Source: Candidatus Heimdallarchaeota archaeon (GTDB lineage Archaea > Asgardarchaeota > Heimdallarchaeia > JABLTI01). Taken from it: DNA of 32,000 nt. The notes below the pieces were generated by a model, which worked only from the letters and a program-made list of their open reading frames with translations, had not been told where the DNA came from and did no database searches. The DNA lies in contig JAUWKS010000003.1 in the NCBI GenBank assembly GCA_030614005.1, positions 60,001 through 92,000 on the forward strand. The letters are read 5' to 3'. How positions within the stretch are numbered: the first letter of the stretch is position 1; the number at the start of each line of letters is the position of its first letter. Positions 17,364 to 24,560 of this stretch are shown here, one piece after another. The position numbers were made by a program, and so were the translations under genes.

Positions 17364-20300
17364 GTGCTTCACATCGTGTTGATAGTTGTGGATAGAATAA
17401 CGCTTAATAAAACTTCAAATAAATTAAGAATTGTATTTACCATATTTACTATTGCAATATTTCTATCAAATACTATTTTGATTAATTCAAAGATGGATAT
17501 AAATACCAGAGAAGAACAAAGTGATAATCTGTCCTTATCAACAAAAATACCTCACTTATATTCAACAACGATATCTAAATTGCCTATACAAGATAATCAC
17601 TTACCAACTATACAAGCGATACAAGCAGGTATAACTTGGAATGGTGATGAAATTCTTGATGACCCATATGCACCTGTTGACCCTGTTATAGTAACAGATA
17701 GCAATGATATAATTCACATTTGTTGGGCAAATTATGCTAATGGTCGAACTTTGTATCATCAAATGATTTTTTCAAATGAATCATATGGAGAAAAAGAAGT
17801 AGTTGATAATAAGGCTGATGGAGAATCGTATAGATTAGATATTGCAGCCGATAGTTTTGGTAAAATACATCTGACCTATTCTTGGGGATCTACAGTTGGA
17901 ACCCAGAAAACTTACTATCGATATTGGCAAGAAAACAGCTGGAGCACTGTTGAAAGAGTGGACCACGGTTTGAACGAAAAAGGAGAACCTGTTCCTGCTC
18001 AAGCACCAAAAATTGCTGTAGATAGCACAGGAACTCCACATATAATTTGGAACTCCTTTTATCAAGATGCATATGGTGGATTAGTACTATCTGAAATCTT
18101 ATATCAAAAACGATTAGGGACAAATCAGTGGAGTGTAGTAATTGAAGCTGGGTTTTCAAAACCAGGTGACTATGATATTGTCATTTCTGATAATGGTTAT
18201 ATTCATATTATGTTTGCACTAATAAATGGCTTATTTTCAGTAGAATATCAGCAAGTCTATTATTTAAGTAAACATCTCGATCAAAGTGATTGGACCTCTT
18301 TTGATATGTTGTTAAATCAGTACAAACCAAATATAATAAACGTTATACCAATACCCGCAATGGTAACCACAGGTTCGGCAGTGCACTGTTTTGTAAACTA
18401 TCTCGGTGAAACTGACTCACAGATATTACATTTTATTAGAACAGCCGGGAATTGGAATCCACCAATTACAATCTCAACGAAAGCAGGCATATCTGGAAGA
18501 ATTAAATTGTCTGCAGCAACTTCATCTGTGGGAAATATTATACTTACCTGGCCATATTATGTTTCAGACTCGATTTCTTTAAGATATCAAGTATATTCTG
18601 CAACTTCTGAGCAATGGTCTAGCACTTTTTATGTAACCTCAAACTATACTACAGCACAAGAACCTTCAATAATTTATGATAACAGCGACAATATTCATCT
18701 CGTTTGGAGAGATTATCTCCCTACATCTGGTAGCGCTCTCTACTATAAGCAAGGTTTTGCAGATGATGATCTTGATGGTCTGTCAAATGATGATGAAATA
18801 GCAATATACTTTACAGATCCATATAATGCAGATTCAGATAGTGACTTGTTAAACGATGGATCTGAAATAAGTTTGGGAATGGATCCATTAAACCCAGATG
18901 AAGATATGGATTTAATTTTAGATGGATGGGAAATTCAATACAATTTTGATCCAAATAATGCAACAGATGCGTTAATCGATTTGGACAATGACAATTTAAC
19001 CAACCTGGAAGAATTTTTAGCAAATACCTTTCCAAATAACAATGATACAGATTTTGATGATTTGCTAGATGGAGAAGAACTACAAATCCATTTTACAGAC
19101 CCCACAGAAAGTGATAGCGATGAAGATTTGCTTTTAGATGGCGAAGAAATAAATGATTTTGGCACAGATCCAAATAATAATGATACCGAAGATGATGGCA
19201 TGCCAGATGGGTATGAAATTCAAAATAGTCTTGATCCACTACTAAATGATTCTTTAGCTGATCCTGATTTAGAAGGTTTAACAAATATCCAAGAATATTA
19301 TTACAACACAAACCCTCAGTTGAACGACACAGATATGGATAAATTATCTGATTTTGAGGAAATTTTCAATTATGAAACAAATCCACTTGTATCAGATACG
19401 GATGGAGACTTTCTATCTGATTTTTATGAATTAAATATTAATTCAACAGATACTACCTACAACACTCCAAATCTTTATTCAACAAATCCTCTCGTTTCTG
19501 ACACTGATCTAGATAGCTTATCAGATTATCAAGAAATACACCTTCATCTAACTAACCCAATCTTAGCAGATACAGATTATGATCAAATGTTAGATGGATT
19601 TGAAGTTGAATATGGATTGGATCCATTTACTGATGACGCTTCTGAAGATTATGATGAAGATGAGTTAACTAATTACCAGGAGTCACTGTATAATTCCAAT
19701 CCTTTTGCAAATGATACAGATAATGATCTGATTTATGATAAACAAGAAATTGACTATGGAACAAACCCACTTTCAAGTGATACCGATTTTGATAAATTAG
19801 GAGATTATTCTGAGATATTTATTTACTCAACAAATGCATCTAATCCGGATACTGATTTGGATGGTTTAGATGACTATGTAGAATTATTCTATTACTTTTC
19901 AGATCCTTTGAATATCGATACCGATGGTGACACTCTTTTAGATGGACAAGAAGTCTATCTCTATCAATCAAGTCCAACTCAAGTAGATACCGATACGGAT
20001 GGATTAACTGATTTACAAGAAGTTCAATTTAATTCTAGCCCTGCACTAGTTGACTCCGATTTAGATGGTATGGATGATTATTGGGAGTGGCTCTATGGCT
20101 TCAATCCTCGAATAGATGAATCTCTTGGAGATAATGATTTCGATGGTTTGACAAATTTCGAGGAATATCTTTTTCTTTCCAATCCTTGGAAAATAGATAC
20201 GGATGATGATTTAATTCCTGATTATTTTGAAGTCTATCGATATTTTACTTTACCAAATAATAATGATACCGATTCTGATATGTTAAGTGACTATGAAGAG

Positions 20301-20693
20301 AAATTTATCCATTTCACTTCGCCTCTTGATCCGGATGTAGATGACGATGGCTTATCAGATGGCTATGAAATTCTTTTTTCATTCACAGATCCTTTTAATA
20401 TCGATACCGATTTCGACGGCTATTCTGATTTTGATGAAGTAGAAGCAGGAACAAATCCTCTTGATGCTCGTTTTAATCCTTTAACAAAAAGGATTGTTCT
20501 TCTAACAAGTGTTTCTTCTGGAATCGTTGCGTTTCTTCTTATCTATTTTCTTAGCCCATTTATTGGAAAAGCAATTTCACGACGAAAAGAAAACGAATGG
20601 GTTCAAATTGGTCTTGAAAAGCGTCATCAAAAACACTCTGAATTATTACATAATACAAACGGAATAGCTCAAAATCAAGATGATACTACTTAG
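17364..20693 (+). CDS. Large surface protein: beta-propeller head, about 24 DxDxDG (bacterial TSP3-like) Ca-binding repeats, and a C-terminal TM
   Basis: Seven D..g.iH..W repeats in the N-terminal 450 aa, then D[TS]DxDGLxDxxE...TxP repeats, a TM (IVLLTSVSSGIVAFLLIYFL) and a short cytoplasmic tail. The start codon is uncertain. Confidence 0.85.
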   Translation: MLHIVLIVVDRITLNKTSNKLRIVFTIFTIAIFLSNTILINSKMDINTREEQSDNLSLSTKIPHLYSTTISKLPIQDNHLPTIQAIQAGITWNGDEILDDPYAPVDPVIVTDSNDIIHICWANYANGRTLYHQMIFSNESYGEKEVVDNKADGESYRLDIAADSFGKIHLTYSWGSTVGTQKTYYRYWQENSWSTVERVDHGLNEKGEPVPAQAPKIAVDSTGTPHIIWNSFYQDAYGGLVLSEILYQKRLGTNQWSVVIEAGFSKPGDYDIVISDNGYIHIMFALINGLFSVEYQQVYYLSKHLDQSDWTSFDMLLNQYKPNIINVIPIPAMVTTGSAVHCFVNYLGETDSQILHFIRTAGNWNPPITISTKAGISGRIKLSAATSSVGNIILTWPYYVSDSISLRYQVYSATSEQWSSTFYVTSNYTTAQEPSIIYDNSDNIHLVWRDYLPTSGSALYYKQGFADDDLDGLSNDDEIAIYFTDPYNADSDSDLLNDGSEISLGMDPLNPDEDMDLILDGWEIQYNFDPNNATDALIDLDNDNLTNLEEFLANTFPNNNDTDFDDLLDGEELQIHFTDPTESDSDEDLLLDGEEINDFGTDPNNNDTEDDGMPDGYEIQNSLDPLLNDSLADPDLEGLTNIQEYYYNTNPQLNDTDMDKLSDFEEIFNYETNPLVSDTDGDFLSDFYELNINSTDTTYNTPNLYSTNPLVSDTDLDSLSDYQEIHLHLTNPILADTDYDQMLDGFEVEYGLDPFTDDASEDYDEDELTNYQESLYNSNPFANDTDNDLIYDKQEIDYGTNPLSSDTDFDKLGDYSEIFIYSTNASNPDTDLDGLDDYVELFYYFSDPLNIDTDGDTLLDGQEVYLYQSSPTQVDTDTDGLTDLQEVQFNSSPALVDSDLDGMDDYWEWLYGFNPRIDESLGDNDFDGLTNFEEYLFLSNPWKIDTDDDLIPDYFEVYRYFTLPNNNDTDSDMLSDYEEKFIHFTSPLDPDVDDDGLSDGYEILFSFTDPFNIDTDFDGYSDFDEVEAGTNPLDARFNPLTKRIVLLTSVSSGIVAFLLIYFLSPFIGKAISRRKENEWVQIGLEKRHQKHSELLHNTNGIAQNQDDTT
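18762..20465 (+). repeat. Protein-level tandem array of about 24 Asp-rich 22-26-aa repeats
   Basis: Counted by eye from ADDDLDGLSNDDE to IDTDFDGYSDFDEVEAGTNPLD. The repeats have diverged at the DNA level. Confidence 0.85.
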
Positions 20694-20716
20694 AAAATAA
20701 CAGTAAAAATAGTAGA

Positions 20717-20738
20717 AAGAGGAATATTTAGTCCTCTT
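20717..20738 (+). terminator. Stem-loop between convergent genes
   Basis: AAGAGGA-N8-TCCTCTT followed by ctttttcttc. Confidence 0.5.
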
Positions 20739-20750
20739 CTTTTTCTTCAC

Positions 20751-21467
20751 TTAATCTTCATCAAGAACTTCATCTGCTAGTTCTTCAACAGAAATTTCTT
20801 CAGAATCTTCTGTACTTTCTTCCGTAACTTCTTTAGAAATCTCTTCTGCTACTTCTTCGACAGCTTCTTCGTCAATTTCTTCTTCAGTTTCTTCAACCGC
20901 ATTTTCTATTGCTTCTTCTATTGCTTCCTCAATAATTTCATCAACAGCTTCTTCTTCTTCAATAGCGTCTTCGATTTCTTCTTCTTCCTCTGTTTCTTCT
21001 GTCATCTCTTCTGCGATTTCTTCTGCAGTTTCTTCGTCAATTTCTTCTTCAGTCTCTTCAATGGAATCTTCTACTGCATCTTCTATTGCGTCTTCAATGG
21101 ATTCTTCTACTGCTTCTTTTTCAGCCAAGTCTTCTTTTGCTTCCTCTAAGAATTCTAATTCTTCATCCTTTTTAGAGGGTTTTTTCTCTTTTTTAGTTTT
21201 AACTTTCTTGGTTGTACCCTTTCTTTTCACGAGTCCGATAATTATTATTACGATTAAAATGATTATACCAATTACTACCAGAGCAGCACCAACTAAGAAC
21301 AAAATGATGAAAATTATCGGTAAGTCTTCAATAGTCTCAATTTGATCTGTTAAAGTCATTAAAGCAGGAACAATGATTAATAACAAACCTAAAATAGTAA
21401 GTGCATAGGCAGCTGCTCCTGCTTGACTACCTACTCTTCTATTTTTTGGTTCTTCATTGGATGTCAT
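20751..21467 (-). CDS. Two-TM membrane protein with a Lys patch and a long Glu-rich disordered tail
   Basis: Two hydrophobic helices, KRKGTTKKVKTKKEKKPSKK, then about 135 aa of xxEE-type repeats. Confidence 0.75.
   Translation of the reverse strand: MTSNEEPKNRRVGSQAGAAAYALTILGLLLIIVPALMTLTDQIETIEDLPIIFIILFLVGAALVVIGIIILIVIIIIGLVKRKGTTKKVKTKKEKKPSKKDEELEFLEEAKEDLAEKEAVEESIEDAIEDAVEDSIEETEEEIDEETAEEIAEEMTEETEEEEEIEDAIEEEEAVDEIIEEAIEEAIENAVEETEEEIDEEAVEEVAEEISKEVTEESTEDSEEISVEELADEVLDED
20861..21061. repeat. 36-bp direct repeat (34/36 identical) inside the acidic tail
   Basis: 20861-20896 cagcttcttcgtcaatttcttcttcagtttcttcaa versus 21026-21061 cagtttcttcgtcaatttcttcttcagtctcttcaa. The offset is 165 nt (55 codons). 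Confidence 0.85.
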
Positions 21468-21706
21468 AGTTGTTTACTATCCGCATCAAAATTAAATTTT
21501 GTGCAATAGATAATTCTGTTGTTTTTTCAATAAAATCGCCTATTTTTTCTTTATTTGGATTAGAAATTACGTAAAAAACCAGTTCCCACTTTTGTATTCT
21601 AAATAAAATTCTTCTACTTGCCAAAGAAAGTGAATCATTATCATTAATAGATAGGACTCAAATAATTAATTGCTATTCTTTTAGCACTATAATGGAGTAA
21701 AATTAC

Positions 21707-22108
21707 ATAGAAATTGAAAGTAAATGGTTAGATAAATATCGTTTTTCCGTAACAAACGGCAGAAATGACCCAATAGTAATTGATGTTGGACCTGATTATG
21801 GTGGCAACGGACCTTCAGCTCTAGAATTGGTAATTATGGCTTTAGCAACATGCTTAGGAACGACATACAAAATGATTGCTGACAAAATGCATCTCACTAT
21901 TACAGCAATAAGTGTGAAAGCAAAAGCAAATAAAAATGAGAAGGATTTCATTACTGATATTAAGTTGCATGTTTATGTTTCTTCAAAAGATCCAATTGAA
22001 AAATTAGAAAAAACACTTGAACTGGCAGAAAACAATTGTCCAGTAGATAATATCTTTCAACAAACAAAAATCTCAGTGGAAGCTGAACTACATATAAATG
22101 CTGATTGA
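21707..22108 (+). CDS. OsmC/Ohr-like (YhfA-type) protein, with a 5' end extending beyond the ORF-track call
   Basis: The open frame upstream of 21827 reads IEIESKWLDKYRFSVTNGRNDPIVIDVGPDYGGNGPSALELVIMALATC..., and the conserved CPV is present. There is no ATG/GTG/TTG at the homology start. GGAG at 21694 lies 9 nt before ATA 21707. Confidence 0.75.
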   Translation: MEIESKWLDKYRFSVTNGRNDPIVIDVGPDYGGNGPSALELVIMALATCLGTTYKMIADKMHLTITAISVKAKANKNEKDFITDIKLHVYVSSKDPIEKLEKTLELAENNCPVDNIFQQTKISVEAELHINAD

Positions 22109-22263
22109 TCAAATAAGAATAATGAGGTGCTTTTTTTCCTCATCTTTTCACTATTTTACATTTAGTATATTGATAAAAACAAATTCTCGGAAAATCCGTA
22201 ACGTTTATTTAAGCTAATAATTCGCAGATTGAATCGGAGTAATTTCTGGAGGAAATTAAATCT

Positions 22264-22671
22264 TTGAAATCCGTATACAGATTAGCAAAAAACTTTCATG
22301 CCGTTGTCGATAACGGTAGAACACATTCAATCGCTATTGATTTACCACCTGACAATGGTGGTGAAGATTTAGGTGCAACAGCATTAGAATTATGCGTTAT
22401 GGGATTATCTGGTTGCATAGGCACTATTTTTGTAAAAATAGCAAAAAAAATGCGCTTAACAATCAATCATTTAGACGTTGACCTTGAAGCATTCAAAGGA
22501 CCTAGTGATCCAACTGTAACCAAAGTCACCGCCAAAGTATTCGTAAACTCTCCCGATAGCCTTGAAAAATTAAACAAGTGTTTGGAACTTACACTTGCTT
22601 CTTGTCCTGTTGGAGTAATATTTACAAATGCAGGTATACCAACAGAAGTAACTTTAGAGAAAGTAGCATAA
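22264..22671 (+). CDS. OsmC/Ohr-like protein
   Basis: DNGRTHSIAIDLPPDNGGEDLGATALELCVMGLSGC...LASCPV. TTG start 10 nt after GGAGGA. Confidence 0.85.
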   Translation: MKSVYRLAKNFHAVVDNGRTHSIAIDLPPDNGGEDLGATALELCVMGLSGCIGTIFVKIAKKMRLTINHLDVDLEAFKGPSDPTVTKVTAKVFVNSPDSLEKLNKCLELTLASCPVGVIFTNAGIPTEVTLEKVA

Positions 22672-22724
22672 ATTTTTTGCTTTCTTTCCCTTATTTTTTC
22701 TATTAATTTTGTCGATATAGATAT

Positions 22725-22738
22725 GAAAGGTTTTTAAT
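22725..22738 (+). promoter_or_regulatory. Candidate BRE-TATA
   Basis: GAAAGG-TTTTTAAT about 60 nt upstream of ATG 22798. Confidence 0.35.
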
Positions 22739-22797
22739 GGTGGAGCACTAATAACTCCTAGAGCTAATTATAGATTAGTTATGATGGTGTATTTATT

Positions 22798-23349
22798 ATG
22801 TCCTTCGGCAGCATTTTATTAGGTATGTTGATTGGTGGAATTCTTAGTTCAGGTGCAATTATTGGTATCACCTTCTTAGGAACAATGGTTCCTTGGTGGG
22901 CCGTGCTCCTGATAGGTGCAGCTGGCTGCCTATTCGGCGGTTTGCTTGCAGGTGTACTCGCTAAAGGTGCTGGTGCAGGAGCATTAGCAGGTTTACTCTC
23001 TGGATTAATTGTCTTTGTTAGTGTATTCTTGTTTATTTGGTTTTACTATGAACCACAAGTTATCGCTATGGTAGCTGGTGCAAGTAGTGTTACTGAAATT
23101 GCGGATCAAATAGCTGACTTGTTTGGTGCTGGTGGAACTCCCGTAGGTGATGCAATCACAACTTGGCTAACCACAAACGCTCCTTCAGTTTCTGAAGTGG
23201 AAACTTTTGTAGATACAAATTTCATTCTCTTCGGTTTACTTGTTGGTGCAATTTTCGGTGGCCTTGCAAGCGTAGTAAACTTATTTGCTGGTCTTGTTGG
23301 TGGATTATTCACTCGAAAGAAAAGCGACAAATACGATTCCTATTATTAA
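22798..23349 (+). CDS. Gly-rich membrane protein, DUF5518-like
   Basis: GG.LAG.LAKGAGAGALAG..SG small-residue TM motifs, a helical extracytoplasmic insert, and a final GG..GGL TM. Confidence 0.65.
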   Translation: MSFGSILLGMLIGGILSSGAIIGITFLGTMVPWWAVLLIGAAGCLFGGLLAGVLAKGAGAGALAGLLSGLIVFVSVFLFIWFYYEPQVIAMVAGASSVTEIADQIADLFGAGGTPVGDAITTWLTTNAPSVSEVETFVDTNFILFGLLVGAIFGGLASVVNLFAGLVGGLFTRKKSDKYDSYY

Positions 23350-23359
23350 GAGAACACTT

Positions 23360-23380
23360 CCGTGTGAATTTTTCACGCGG
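23360..23380 (+). terminator. Stem-loop plus U-tract
   Basis: CCGTGTGAA-ttt-TTCACGCGG (9 bp, one G:U) followed by caatttattctttttttt. Confidence 0.6.
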
Positions 23381-23461
23381 CAATTTATTCTTTTTTTTAT
23401 TGACTGATTTTGAAACTCATAGATAAATGTAAATTCATAGATTATCTGAGGAGTAAACCAA

Positions 23462-24517
23462 ATGAGAATAGTTTTTCTATATACTATTTCTAAAGATGCT
23501 TATGATTATCTCAAAGAAAATATACCAGAAGATATTGAGATAATTGCACGAATAAAAGAGGAATATTCTGGCAAACCACCAAATCAGGATTCTGAAATTA
23601 TCGCTGCAACTAAAGATGCCGAAATATTGTTGGGACCTTATGTAACAGAAGAAATTCTTGAGCAAGCATTACCCAAAAATGGTGGAAAACTTAAACTAAT
23701 AATTGTACCATGGACAGGTATCGATAGACTAAATTTCGATTTATTAAGAAAATATCCAGTTGTTGTTGCTAATAGTCATGGAAATGCTCGAACTGTTGCT
23801 GAACACGCAATAGCTCTTCTTCTTACAGCAGCTAAAAATATCATTCATCATGATAGATTACTCAGAAAGGGTGACTGGAGTTCACGATTCAAACGTATGC
23901 CTTCTGTAAGCATAACTGGCATGACTGTAGGGTTGTTGGGGTTTGGAGCGATTGGGACCGAATGTGCAAAGCTTCTCAAAGGTTTTGATGTCAAAATTAT
24001 TGGTTGCAGGAGAACTCTAGAAAAGTCAACTGAAGAGCAAAAAAAACTTGCAGAGAAAATCTACTCAATTACTGAATTGAAAACCTTTCTAAATGATGTA
24101 GATGTCGTGATTGATTCTTTACCGCTCACACAGGATACGAAAGATATCCTTAACAAAAGAGAATTTGATTGGATGAAAGATGGAGTTATTCTTGTCAATG
24201 TTGGAAGAGGCCAAACAGTAAATGAAGAAGCGATATATAATGCTGTAAAAGAAGGTAAGGTTTTTGCAGCTGGTTTGGACCCCCAATGGAAATATCCGCC
24301 AAGAGGCAAAACTGGTGAAAGAGACCTAACAGAAAAAAATTACCCCTCTAATTTTCCAATACACGAATTTGATCAAGTAGTCCTCAGCCCTCACCGTGCT
24401 GCAGATCTAGCAGAAGGATATGAACGAAAACATTGGTTTGATGTAATTGAAAATATCTTAAGAATCTATAAAGACGAAAAACCAATAAATATTGTTAATT
24501 TAGATTTGAGTTATTAA
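23462..24517 (+). CDS. D-isomer-specific 2-hydroxyacid dehydrogenase family protein
   Basis: VAEHAIALLL, Rossmann GLLGFGAIG, NVGRG and SPHRA. GCRRT after beta-2 suggests NADP preference. Confidence 0.9.
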   Translation: MRIVFLYTISKDAYDYLKENIPEDIEIIARIKEEYSGKPPNQDSEIIAATKDAEILLGPYVTEEILEQALPKNGGKLKLIIVPWTGIDRLNFDLLRKYPVVVANSHGNARTVAEHAIALLLTAAKNIIHHDRLLRKGDWSSRFKRMPSVSITGMTVGLLGFGAIGTECAKLLKGFDVKIIGCRRTLEKSTEEQKKLAEKIYSITELKTFLNDVDVVIDSLPLTQDTKDILNKREFDWMKDGVILVNVGRGQTVNEEAIYNAVKEGKVFAAGLDPQWKYPPRGKTGERDLTEKNYPSNFPIHEFDQVVLSPHRAADLAEGYERKHWFDVIENILRIYKDEKPINIVNLDLSY

Positions 24518-24536
24518 TAAAAAAAAAGATTGAAAA

Positions 24537-24560
24537 GAGCCAGCTTTATTTTGCTGGTTC
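24537..24560 (-). terminator. Stem-loop overlapping the ATPase stop codon
   Basis: Minus strand GAACCAGC-aaaaTAAa-GCTGGCTC followed by TTTT and a further T-run. Confidence 0.5.

Noticed and set aside
21061-21345. Ser-rich 94-aa plus-strand ORF
   Set aside because: It is the antisense read-out of the GAA-rich acidic tail.
12018-21700. Two in-frame TAA codons near gene 5' ends (degV, first osmC) as a sign of stop-codon reassignment
   Set aside because: TAA terminates many intact genes in this window (for example at 1403, 2616 and 7789), and Sec/Pyl recoding uses TGA/TAG.
23363-23377. TGTGA-N5-TCACG as a CRP site
   Set aside because: The spacing is 5 rather than 6, and the position right after a stop codon with a U-tract fits a terminator better.
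23462-24517. Missing catalytic Glu (LDPQWKYP instead of DVFxxEP) in the 2-hydroxyacid dehydrogenase
   Set aside because: A DxWxxYP-type variant is, to my recollection, a known subfamily feature. Arg and His are intact.
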